DNA of 64,000 nt, from positions 116,810,001 to 116,874,000 of the forward strand of contig NC_086107.1 of NCBI RefSeq assembly GCF_963921235.1, in the 5' to 3' direction. The notes under the pieces were generated by a model. It ran no database searches. It was not told where the DNA came from and worked only from the letters and a program-made list of their open reading frames with translations. The position numbers and the translations under genes are program-made. Each line of letters starts with the position of its first letter. Position 1 is the first letter of the stretch. Below are positions 37,301 through 49,339 of this stretch, in pieces. This DNA is from Mobula hypostoma (lineage: Eukaryota).

Positions 37301-38396
37301 CCACTCACCCAACCTATCCAAGTCACCCTGCATCCTCTTAGCATCCTCCTCACTGCTAACACTGCCACCCAGCTTTGTGTCATCCGCAAACTTGGAGATG
37401 CTGCATTTAATTCCCTCATCCAAGTCATTAATATATATTGTAAACAACTGGGGTCCCAGCACTGAGCCTTGCGGTACCCCACTAGTCACCGCCTGCCATT
37501 CTGAAAAGGTCCCGTTTATTCCCACTCTTTGCTTCCTGTCTGCTAACCAATTCTCCACCCACACCAATACCTTACCCCCAATGTTGGAAAGTGTATGGTT
37601 ATGCACTTTGGCAGAAGAAATAAATGGGCAGGCTATTATTTAAATGGGGAAAGAGTTCAAAGTTCTGAGATGCAATGGGACTTGGGAGTCCTTGTACAGG
37701 ATACCCTGAAGGTTAACCTCCAGGTTGAGTCGGTAGTGAAGAAGGCGAATGCAATGTTGGCATTCATTTCTAGAGGAATAGAGTATAGGAGCAGGGATGT
37801 GATGTTGAGGCTCTATAAGGTGCAGGTGAGACCTCACTTGGAGTACTGTGGGCAGTTTTGGTCTCCTTATTTAAGAAAGGGTGTGCTGATGTTGGAGAGG
37901 GTACAGAGAAGATTCACTAGAATGATTCCCGGAATGAGAAGGTTAACATATGAGGAATGGTTGTCCGCTCTTGGACTGTATTCCTTGGAGTTTAGAAGAA
38001 TGAGGGGAGACCTCATAGAAACATTTCGAATGTTGAAAGGCATGGACAGAGTGGATGTGGCAAAGTTGTTTCCCATGATGGGGGAATCTAGTACGAGAAG
38101 GCATGACTTAAGGATTGAAGGGCGCCCATTCAGAACAGAAATGCAAAGAAATTTTTTTAGTCAGAGGGTGGTGAATCTATGGAATTTGTTGCCATGGGCA
38201 GCAGTGGAGGCCAAGTCATTGGGTGTATTTAAGGCAGAGATTGATAGGTATCTGAGTAGCCAGGGCATCAAAGGTTATGGTGAGAAGGCGGGAGAGTGGG
38301 ACTAAATGGGAGAATGGATCAGCTCATGATAAAATGGCGGAGCAGACTCGATGGGCCGAATGGCCGACTTCTGCTCCTTTCTCTTATGGTCTTATG
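34324..38396 (+). mobile_element. 5'-truncated CR1 (APE+RT+tail) inserted in Academ
   Basis: ORFs 34371-36462 and 37595-38305; (cttatggt) tail; gatca duplicated at 34319-34323 and 38397-38401. Confidence 0.95.
36462..37578 (-). mobile_element. Young 5'-truncated CR1 inserted in the preceding CR1
   Basis: Uninterrupted RT C-terminal ORF (36557-37578); (agaaacat)n tail; the host rejoins as gcaaatgaaata|caatgttgg. Confidence 0.95.
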
Positions 38397-38930
38397 GATC
38401 AGGAATGGGACCACTCCCCAGAACTGATGGACAAACTGGAGGCATTTACATATCTTCTGTATGCTCCAAAAGCATCGACCACCAAGGTCAATGAGCTCAG
38501 GTATCACCTTTTCTGTGCCAAAAAAGGTGAAATCAAAAATCATCAATTCCCACCATGCAAGGACTGCTTAACAAAACATGCACAGTGAGCCAACTACCAG
38601 GCTGGTATATGGAGAAGATGTTTGGAGAAGGACCCACAAGTGCCAAGCCCTGTTGGCAGAGGGTGGAAGATGGAGAGAGAAGAGGAAGCTGAACAGTTGG
38701 TGGTGCACTGGATGGAAGGCCAACCGGCACCCAGTGCCGTCCTGGATCTACTGGCCTGTAACTGTCCAAAACAATGTTCACTCCCAAGTTGTATGTGTGT
38801 TGCAAATGGCCTCAGGTGTACTGACATGTGTAGACTGGCAGACTGTGAGAACCAGGCAGCCACCTCAGAGAGTGTGGGAAGTTCAGATGAAGAGGTGGAA
38901 GACGTGGAAGGCTTGGAAAAATTATTATGA
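38397..38930 (+). pseudogene. Academ protein C-terminus with Cys8 (CXC-like) finger
   Basis: QEWD..LEAF..VNELRY..PPC..RANYQ..IW; CNCPKQCSLPSCMCVANGLRCTDMCRLADCEN (8 Cys); acidic tail. Confidence 0.85.
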
Positions 38931-39445
38931 TTATTAATAGGTTATGAAAGTATGGAAAACAAAGTATGGAAAGCAGTCTTTGATTAAATATATTCGTTTT
39001 ACAACCAAATGGGGCCTAGGTTATGGCCATGTGGAACCCACATTTGAATTATTGTACTGTAATTCTACATGCTATGACAAAAGCTTAAGATTGTTTTGAT
39101 TTGATACAACATGGAGAATATCATGACATTGATAACACTCCAGAAATCTCTCCAAATGAGGTTTTTTACCTTTTGGGGGTGGGGTAATATTTTCTGCTGT
39201 ACTGATGTTAATGAGGAATATATACAAAAAGTGATTACTTATTTGAAGTAATAAAGCTACCGCTGGTGTAACACTATCACATATTTTCTAACTCGAGAGA
39301 TGTATACCTTGCCAAAAATCACTATGAGCATTATTCCCCTCAGATGGTACCGACCAACCCTACTGGCTCACGGACTGCATGGTGTACAAAGGATGTAGAA
39401 AATCTAGTTAAGAAGAAAAGAAAAGCTTACGAAGGTTCAAGAAAC

Positions 39446-39610
39446 ATACATCAAAGTTGCTGGTGAACGCAGCAGGCCAAGCAGCATCTATAGGAAGAGG
39501 TGCAGTCGACGTTTCAGGCCGAGACCCTTCGTCAGGACTTCTGCTGCGTTCACCAGCAACTTTGGTGTATGTTGCTTGAATTTCCAGCATCTGCAGAATT
39601 CCTGTTGTTT
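39446..39610. mobile_element. Miniature inverted Penelope-derived insertion with a 15-bp TSD
   Basis: TSD gaaggttcaagaaac at 39431-39445 and 39611-39625; minus-strand pLTR piece joined to a plus-strand tail. Confidence 0.9.
39504..39539 (-). ncRNA. Minimal type I hammerhead ribozyme (perfect copy)
   Basis: Reverse complement is AGTC-CTGACGA-AGG(GTCTCGG)CCT-GAAA-CG-TC-GACT. Confidence 0.9.
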
Positions 39611-40551
39611 GAAGGTTCAAGAAACTAGGTACTGTGAGAGCTCCAGAAATGACAAGGGTGCCAGAAAGGAGCCCAAGAATGAGATTAGGAGAGCTGGAAG
39701 GGGCCATGAAAAGGCCTTGGTGAGCAGAATTAAGGAAAATCCCAAGGCACTCTACAAGTATGTGAAGAGCTAGAGGATAAGACCTGAGAGGATAAGACCA
39801 ATCAAGTGTGACAGTGGAAAAGTGTGTATGGAACCGGAGGAGATAGCAGAGGTACTTAATGAATACATTACTTCAGTATTCACCAGTGAAAAGGACCTTG
39901 GGAATTGTAGGGATGACTTACAGCGGACTGAAACACTTGAGCATATAGACATGAAGAAAGGGGATGTGCTGGAGCTTTTGAAAGATATGGAGTTGGATAA
40001 GTCTCCGGGACCGGATGAGATATACCCCAGGCTACAGTGGGAAGCGAGCGAGGAGATTGGTGAGCCTCTGGTGAATATCTTTGCATCCTCAATACAGATG
40101 GGAGAAGTGCCAGAGGATTGGAGGGTTGCAAATGTTATTCCTTTGTTCAAGAAAGGGAGTAGAGATAACGCAGGAAATTATAGACCAGTGAGTCTTACTT
40201 CATTGGTGGGCAAGTTAGAAACAAAGAAAAAATACAGCACAATAGAGGCCCTTCAGCCCATAATGCTGTGCTGAACATTTACTTACTTTAGAAATTACCT
40301 AGGGTTACTCATAGCCCTCTATTTTTCTAAGCTCCATGTACCTATCCAAGATTCTCTTAAAAGGCCCTATCATAACCGCCTCCACCACCGTTGCCAGCAG
40401 CCCGTTCCATGCACGCACCACACTCCGTGTAAAAACACTTCCTCTGTACCTACTTCCAAGCACCTTAAAACTATGCTCTCTTGTGATTGCCATTTCAGCC
40501 CTGGGAAAAAGCCTCTGACATGATCAATGTCTCACATCATCCTATACACCT

Positions 40552-40689
40552 GAGTCCTGACGAAGGGTCTCGGCCTGAAACGTTGACTGTACCTCTTCCT
40601 AGAGATGCTGCCTGGCCTGCTGAATTCACCAGCAACTTTGATGTGTGTTGCTTGAATTTCCAGCATCTGCAGAATTCCTCGTGTTTGCG
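40552..40689 (+). mobile_element. Short Penelope-derived insertion with a 13-bp TSD
   Basis: TSD atc(c/t)tatacacct at 40539-40551 and 40690-40702. Confidence 0.9.
40553..40588 (+). ncRNA. Minimal type I hammerhead ribozyme (GUU triplet variant)
   Basis: AGTC-CTGACGA-AGG(GTCTCGG)CCT-GAAA-CG-TT-GACT. Confidence 0.82.
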
Positions 40690-41408
40690 ATCTTATACAC
40701 CTCTATCAGGTCACCTCTCATTCTCTGTCGCTCCAAGAAGAAAAGGCTGAGTTCACTCAACCTATTCTCATAAGGCATGCTCCCCAATACAGGCAACATC
40801 CTTGTAAATCTCCTCTGCACCCTTTCTATGGTTTCCACATCCTTCCTGTAGTGAGGTGACCAGAACTGAGCTCAGTACTCCAAGTGGGGTCTGACCAGGG
40901 TCCTATATAGCTGTAACATTACCTCTCAGCTCTTAAACTCAGTCCCACGGTTGATGAAGGCCAATGCACCGTATGCCTTCTTAACCACAGGGTTAACCTG
41001 CACAACAGCTTTGAGTGTCCTATGGACTCAGACCCCAAGATCCCTCTGATCCTCCACACTGCCAAGAGTCTTACCATTAATACTATATTCTGCCATCATA
41101 TTTGACCTACCAAAATGAACCACCTCACACTTATCTGGGTTGAACTCCATCTGCCACTTCTCAGGCCAGTTTTGCATCCTATCGATGTCCCTCTGTAACC
41201 TCTGACAGCCCTCCCTACTATCCACAACACCTCCAACCCATCCCTCCACTTCCTCATCCAGGTCATTTATAAAAATCATGAAGAGTAGGGGTCCCAGAAC
41301 AGATCCCTGAGGCACACCACTGGTCACTGACCTCCATGCAGAATGTGACCCATCTACAACCATTCTTTGCCTTTTATGGACAAGCCAATTCTGGATCCAC
41401 AAAACAAG

Positions 41409-41754
41409 GATGTTTCCTATGGTGGGAGAGTCTAGGACAAGAGGGCACAGTCTCAGGATAGAGGGGCGCCCTTTCAAAACAGAGATGTGGAGAAATTTCT
41501 TTAACCAAAGGGTGGTGAATTTGTGGAATTTCTTTCCACATGCAGCTGTGGAGGCCAGGTCCTTGGGTGTATTTAAGGCAAATATTGATAGGTTCTTGAT
41601 TGGACATAGCATCAAAGGCTACAGGGAAAGGGCTGGGAACTGGGGTTGAGGAGGAGATATAAAAAAAGGATCAGCCATGATTGAGTGGCAGAGCAGACTC
41701 AATGGGTCAGATGGTCTAATTTTGCTCCTATGTCTTATGGTTTTATGATCTTAT
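41409..41754 (+). mobile_element. CR1 3'-terminal fragment
   Basis: MFPMVGESRTRGH..FFNQRVVNLWN; (cttatgg) tail. Confidence 0.9.
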
Positions 41755-42468
41755 GGATCCAGAACTGGCTTGCCCACAGATGGTAAAGGGTGGTTGCAGA
41801 TGGTGTATTCTGCATGGAGGTCGGTGATAAGTGGTGTTAAACAGGGATCTGTTCTGGGACCCCTCCTCTTTATGATTTTTATAAATGACCTGCATGAGGA
41901 AGGAGAAGAGTGGGTTAATAACTTTGCTGATGACTCAAAAGTTGTTGGTGTTGTTGATAGTCTGGAGGGTCATCAGAGGTTACAGTGGGACATCGATAGG
42001 ATGCAAAACTGGCCTGAGAAGTGGCAGATGGAGTTCAACCCAGACAAGTGGGAGGTGGTTCATTTCGGTAGGTCAAATATGAAGACAGAATATAATGCAG
42101 TATTAGTAATGGTAAGTCTCTCGGCAGTGTGGAGGATCAGTGAGATCTTGGGATTTGTGCCCAAAGCTGCTACGCAGGTTGACAGTGTTGATAAAAAGGT
42201 GTATGGTGTGATGGTCTTCATCAATCGTGGGATTTTCAAGAGCAGTGAGGTAATGTTAAAGCTATATGAGAACTTAGTTAGACTCCACTTGGAGTGTTGT
42301 GTTCAGTTCTGGTCACCTTACTACAGCAAGGATGTGGATACTATAGAGAGAGTGCAGAGGAGATCTATAAGGATGTTGGCCGGATTGGAGAGCGTGTCTT
42401 ATGAAAATAGGTTGAGTGAACTTGGCATTTTCTCCTTGGAGTGACAGAGGATGAGAGGTGAGCTGATA

Positions 42469-43421
42469 GGTGTGTTGCAACACACAGCTCGAACCACATC
42501 ATCAAGTTCGCTGATGACACGACCGTGGTGGGTCTCATCAGCAAGAAAGATGAGTCAGCATACATAGAGGAGGTGCCGCGGCTAACGGACCGGTGCAGAG
42601 CCAACAACCTGTCTCTGAATGTGAACAAAACAAAAGAGATGGTTGTTGACTTCAGGAAGACACGGAGCGACCACTCTCCGCTGAACATCGACGACTCCTC
42701 CATACAGATCGTTAAGAGCACCAAATCTCTTGGTGTTCACCTGGCGAAGAATCTCACCTGGTCCCTCAACACCAGCTCCATAGCAAAGAAAGCCCAGCAG
42801 CGTCTCTACTTTCTGCGAAGGCTGAGAAAAGTCCATCTCCCACCCCCCATCCTCACCACATTCTACAGAGGTTGTATTGAGAGCATCCTGAGCAGCTGCA
42901 TCACTGCCTGGTTCAGAAATTGCACCGTCTCGGATCGCAAGACCCTGCAGCGGATAGTGAGGTCAGCTGAGAAGATCATCGGGGTTTCTCTTCCTGCCAT
43001 TACAGACATTTACATCACACGCTGCACCCGTAAAGCAAACAGCATTATGAAGGACCCCACACACCCCTCATACAAACTCTTCTCCCTCCTGCCATCTGGC
43101 AAAAGGCAACGAAGTATTCGGGCTCTCACGACCAGACTGTGCAACAGTTTCTTCCCCCAGACCATCAGACTCCTCAATACCCAGAGCCTGGACTGACACC
43201 AACCTACTGCCCTCTACTGTGCCTATTGTCTTGTTTATTATTTATTGTAATGCCTGCACTGTTTTGTGCACTTTATGCAGTCCTGGGTAGGTCTGTAGTC
43301 TAGTGTAGTTTTGTGTTGTTTCATGTAGCACCATGGTCCTGAAAAACGTTGTCTCATTTTTACTGTGTACTGTACCAGCAGTTATGGTCGAAATGACAAT
43401 AAAAAGTGACGACTTGACTTG
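42469..43421 (+). mobile_element. Young 5'-truncated Rex1/Babar-like non-LTR element
   Basis: [43 protein letters not shown]; open frame to 43196; AATAAA and (gactt)n tail; the host CR1 rejoins. Confidence 0.9.
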
Positions 43422-44320
43422 AGAGGTGTATAAGATGATGAGAGGCATTGATCGTGTGACTAGCCAGAGGTTTTTCCCCCAGGGCTGAAATGGCTACCAC
43501 GAGGGGGCATAGTTTTAAAGTGCTTGGAAGTAGGTACAAGGGGGATGTCAGAGGTGAGTTTTTCACACAGAGAGTGGTAGGTGCATGGAATGCACGGCCA
43601 GTGACGGTGGTGGAGGTGAATACAATAGGATGCTTTAAGGGACTCATTGATAGGTACATGGAGCTAGAAAAATAGAGAGCGATGTGGTAGGGAATTCTAG
43701 GCAGTTTCTAGAGTAGATTTCATGGTTGGCATGACATTGTGGGTCGAAGGGCCTGGATTGTGCTGTAGATTTCTATGTTCTGTGTTCTCACCATTCAGGT
43801 CCTGTCATCTAGTCACAGCTCCCAATGGGCAGGGGGTACCAAACAGGTCGTTCCAAACAGGTTCAGGAACAGTAACTTCCCTTCAACCATTCAGTTTTTG
43901 AATAAGCCATCACACTCCTAATCACCATCTCAGTAGAGAGACACCATGACATCTGAACCAACTGTCACAACCCTAATCTCCATCTCAGTACAGAAACACC
44001 GTGACCCCTGAAAAAACCGTCACACCCCTAATCACCATCTCAGTACAGAAACACCGTGACCCCTGAACCAACAGTCACACCCCAATCACCATCTCAGTAC
44101 AGAAACACCGTGACCACTGAACCAACCGTCACAATCATAATCACCATCTCAGTACAGAAACACCGTGACCTCTGAACCAACCATCACAACCTTAATCACC
44201 ATCTCAGTACAGAAACACCGTGACCTCTGAACCAACCATCACAACCTTAATCACCATCTCAGTACAGAAACACCGTGACCTCTGAACCAACCATCACAAC
44301 CTTAATCACCATTTCAGTAC

Positions 44321-45423
44321 ATAGAAACAAAAAAAATAGGTGCAGGAGTAGGCCATTCGGCCCTTCGAGCCTGCATCGCCATTTATTATGTTCATGGCTG
44401 ATCATCCAACTCAGAACCCTGCCCCAACCTTCCCTCCATACCCCCTGATCCCCGTAGCCACAAGGGCCATATCTAACTCCCTCTTAAACATAGCCAATGA
44501 ACTGGCCTCAACTGTTTCCTGTGGCAGAGAATTCCACAGATTCACCACTCTCTGTGTGAAGAAGTTTTTCCTAATCTCGGTCCTAAAAGGCTTCCGCTTT
44601 ATCCTCAAACTGTGACCCCTCGTTCTGGACTTCCCCAACATCGGGAACAATCTTCCTGCATCTAGCCTGTCGAATCCCTTTAGGATTTTACACGTTTCAA
44701 TCAGATCCCCCCTCAATCTTCTAAATTCCGACGAGTACAAGCCCAGTTCATCCAGTCTTTCTTCATATGAAAGTCCTGCCATCCCAGGAATCAATCTGGT
44801 GAATCTTCTTTGTACTCCCTCTATGGCAAAGATGTCTTTCCTCAGATTAGGGGACCAAAACTGCACACAATACTCCAGGTGTGGTCTCACCAAGGCCTCG
44901 TACAACTGCAGTAGTACCTCCCTGCTCCTGTACTCGAATCCTCTTGCTATAAATGCCAGCATACCATTCGCCTTTTTCACCGCCTGCTGTACCTGCATGC
45001 CCACTTTCAATGACTGGTGTATAATGACACCCAGGTCTCGTTGCACCTCCACTTTTCCTAATCGGCCACCATTCAGATAATAATCTGTTTTCCTATTTTT
45101 GTCACCAAAGTGGATAACTTCACATTTATCCACATTAAATTGCATCTGCCATGAATTTGCCCACTCACCCAACCTATCCAAGTCACTCTGCATCCTCTTA
45201 GCATCCTCCTCACAGCTAACACTGCCACCCAGCTTCGTGTCATCCGCAAACTTGGAGATGCTGCATTTAATTCCCTCATCCAAGTCATTAATATATATTG
45301 TAAACAACTGGGATCCCAGCACTGAGCCTTGCGGAACCCCACTAGTCACCGCCTGCCATTCTGAAAAGGTCCCGTTTATTCCCACTCTTTGCTTCCTGTC
45401 TGCTAACCAATTCTCTATCCACA
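44321..45423 (-). mobile_element. 5'-truncated CR1 (same subfamily as 36462-37578)
   Basis: Open RT C-terminal ORF; near-identity to the 36462-37578 copy. Confidence 0.95.
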
Positions 45424-45507
45424 TCACCGTGACCCCTGAACCAACCGTCACAACCCTAATCACCATCTCAGTAAAGAAGCACCGTGACCTCTGAACCAAC
45501 CGTCACA

Positions 45508-46258
45508 AAATCCTTTTGGATTTTATACGTTTCAATCAGATCCCTCCTCAATCTTCTAAATTCCAACGAGTACAAGCCCAGTTCATCCAGTCTTTCTTCA
45601 TATGAAAGTCCTGCCATCCCAGGAATCAATCTGGTGAACCTTCTTTGTACTCCCTCTATGGCAAGGATGTCTTTCCTCAGATTAGGCGACCAAAACTGCA
45701 CACAATACTCCAGGTGTGGTCTCACCAAGGCCTTGTACAACTGCAGTAGTACCTCCCTGCTCCTGTACTCGAATCCCCTTGCTATAAATGCCAGCATACC
45801 ATTCGCCTTTTTCACCGCCTGCTGTACCTGCATGCCCACTTTCAATGACTGGTGTATAATGACACCCAGGTCTCGTTGCACCTCCACTTTTCCTAATTGG
45901 CCACCATTCAGATAATAATCTGTTTTCCTATTTTTGCCACCAAAGTGGATAACTTCACATTTATCCACATTAAATTGCATCTGCCATGAATTTGCCCACT
46001 CACCCAACCTATCCAAGTCACTCTGCATCCTCTTAGCATCCTCCTCACAGCTAACACTGCTGCCCAGCTTCGTGTCATCCGCAAACTTGGAGATGCTGCA
46101 TTTAATTCCCTCATCCAAGTCATTAATATATATTGTAAACAACTGGGATCCCAGCACTGAGCCTTGCGGAACCCCACCAGTCACCGCCTGCCATTCTGAA
46201 CAGGTCCCGTTTATTCCCACTCTTTGCTTCCTGTCTGCTAACCAATTCTCTATCCACA
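45508..46258 (-). mobile_element. Tandem-duplicated CR1 piece lacking the 3' end
   Basis: Copy of ~44673-45423 at offset 835 with the same 5' junction. Confidence 0.92.
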
Positions 46259-47649
46259 TCACCATGACCCCTGAACCAACCGTCACAACCCTAATCACCA
46301 TCTCAGTACAGAAACACTGTGACCTCTGAACCAACAGTCACAACCCTAATCACCATCTCAGTACAGAAACACCGTGACCTCTGAACCAACAGTCACAACC
46401 CTAATCACCATCTCAGTACAGAAACACTGTGACCCCTGAACCAACCGTCACAACCCTAATCACCATCTCAGTACAGAAACACCGTGACCTCTGAACCAAC
46501 AGTCACAACCCTAATCACCATCTCAGTACAGAAACACCGTGACCTCTGAACCAACAGTCATACTCCTAATTACCATCTCAGTACAGAAACACTGTGACCT
46601 ATGAACCAACAGTCAGAACCCTAATCACCATCTCAGTGCAGAAACATCGTAACCACTCTGAACCAACAGTCACAACCCTAATCACCATCTCAGTACAGAA
46701 ACACCGTGACCTCTGAACCAACAGTCACAACCCTAATCACCATCTCAGTACAGAAACACTGTGATCTCTGAACCAAACGTCACAACCCTAATCACCATCT
46801 CAGTAGAGAAACACTGTAACCTCTGAACCAACATTCATACTCCTAATTACCATCTCAGTACAGAAACACCGTGACCACTCTGAACCAACTGTCACAACCC
46901 TAATCACCATCTCAGTAGAGAAAAACCATGACCTCTGAACCAACAGTCATACTCCTAATTACCATCTCAGTACAGAAACACTGTGACCTATGAACCAACA
47001 GTCAGAACCCTAATCACCATCTCAGTGCAGAAACATCGTAACCACTCTGAACCAACTGTCACAACCCTAATCACCATTTCAGTACAGAAACACCGTGACC
47101 TCTGAACCAACCGTTACAACCCGAATCACCATGTCAGTACAGAAACACCATGACCTCTGAACCAACAGTCACAACCCTAATCACTATCTCAGTACAGAAA
47201 CGCCGTGACCACTGAACCAACCGTCACAACACTAATCACCATCTCAGTACAGAAACACCGTGACTTCTCTGATGACTGCACCAAGATGGAGTCTCTTGTT
47301 TTGTAATAATCGTGTTCTTTCTCTAAAATTTGTATGTGATTTATTATGAAGTTGTGTTATTCTGGTGAGTGCTGCTTGTTTATGGTATTTAGAGATCGAT
47401 GGCTGTGCAGACCCTTCTGACAGAACAAGCTGCATCATAAAACAACTCACCTATTGAACCCAAGCTAAATCACAGACTAATTAACGTAACAAGTTCAAGT
47501 TTAACTGTCGTTCAATCATACACATGAATGAAGGCAGATGAAGCCAAGTTCCTCCTTGTTGTTGTACTGAGGTATCACACACTGAACACAGCCCATGTAA
47601 CACAATTCTGTATATTGAAACATGCTGTCACAAATAAAATGATATATTC

Positions 47650-47780
47650 CAAATTTTTGGATTGTTGGAGGCAGCAAGAATCCTGGAAGAAACCTATGCG
47701 TTCACAGGAAGAACTTACAAACACCTTACAGATGACAGCAGAGTTGAACTCTGAACTCTGACCTCCTAACAGCTAGGTTA
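47650..47780 (-). mobile_element. Degenerate SINE fragment
   Basis: The reverse complement loosely resembles the 2046-2315 SINE core. Confidence 0.4.
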
Positions 47781-47818
47781 CCTGGCAAGCAAGAGAAAAT
47801 CTGCAGATGCTGGAAATG

Positions 47819-47819
<1 letters not shown>

Positions 47820-47910
<91 letters not shown>

Positions 47911-48413
47911 ACACAGACACACACACACACACACACACAGACACACACATACACACACACACAGACACAGACACACACACACACACACACACACAGACAC
48001 ACACATACACACACACACAGACACACAGACACACACACATACACACACACACAGACACACACACACACACATACACACACACACAGACACACACACACAG
48101 ACACACACAGACACACACACACATACACACACACACGCGCGCACACATACACACAGACAGACACACACACACACATACACACACACACAGACACACACAC
48201 ACACATACACACACACAGACACACACACACATACACATACACACACACACACACACTCTCTCACACACATACACACACACACACAGACACACACACACAC
48301 ACAGACACACACACATAGACACACACACACACACACATACACAGACACAGACACACACAGACACACACACACACACACACACACAGACACACACACACAC
48401 CCAGACACACACA

Positions 48414-48486
<73 letters not shown>

Positions 48487-48932
48487 ACACACAGACACAC
48501 ACACACACATACACACACAGACACACACACACAGACACACACACAGACACACACAGACACACACACACATACACACACACGCACGCACACATACACACAC
48601 ACAGACAGACACACACACACACATACACACACACACAGACACACACACACACACATACACACACACAGACACACACACACATACACATACACACACACAC
48701 ACACACTCTCTCACACACACACACACATACACACACACACACACAGACACACACACACAGACACACACACACACACATACACAGACACAGACACACACAG
48801 ACACACACAGACACACACACACACACACACACACAGACACACACACACACCCAGACACACACAGACACACACACACACACACATACACACACACACACAC
48901 ACACACGCACACATACACACACACACACACAG

Positions 48933-48964
<32 letters not shown>

Positions 48965-48982
48965 ACACACACAGACACACAC

Positions 48983-49013
<31 letters not shown>

Positions 49014-49339
49014 TACACACACACACAGACACACACACACATACACATACACACACACACACACACTCTCACACACACAGACACACAGACACACACACAC
49101 ACAGACACACACACACACAGACACACACACAGACACAGACATACACACACACACACAGACACACACACACACACAGACACACACAGACACACACATACAC
49201 ACACACACAGACACACACACATACACACACACACACAGACACAGACACACACACAGACACACACACAGACACACACACACACAGACACACACACACAGAC
49301 ACACACACACACACACACAGACACACACATACACACACA

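Larger units (their letters stand above)
31421..39377 (+). mobile_element. Academ (AcademX-type) DNA transposon, internally deleted, interrupted by a CR1
   Basis: TIRs 31421-31508 and 39301-39377 (TAGTCC.../...GGACTG); 3-bp TSD tat/cat; the host CR1 rejoins across it (aaagaac-cat-ggtgtac). Confidence 0.88.
40217..41408 (-). mobile_element. 5'-truncated CR1 3' half
   Basis: GVPQGSVLGPLLF, WQMEFNPDKC and ERVQRRFTRM motifs on the minus strand; tail at ~40217. Confidence 0.9.
29181..43787 (+). mobile_element. Originally full-length CR1 (5' UTR, ORF1, APE, RT, tail) hosting multiple insertions; pieces 29181-31420, 39378-40216, 41755-42468, 43423-43787
   Basis: ORF1 ECSSCRMWE, IGDAIVRG, VHVGTSD; APE FNARSI, AITETW; RT SPGPD, NYRPVSLTS, QGSVLGP, FADD; (tctatgt)-type tail. 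Confidence 0.85.
43898..47270. repeat. 55-bp minisatellite (AATCACCATCTCAGTACAGAAACACCGTGACCTCTGAACCAACCGTCACAACCCT), interrupted by two CR1 pieces
   Basis: Period measured (aatcacc at 44139 and 44194). Confidence 0.95.

Noticed and set aside
43898..47270. Interstitial telomere
   Set aside because: Only a single CCCTAA per 55-bp unit, never tandem.
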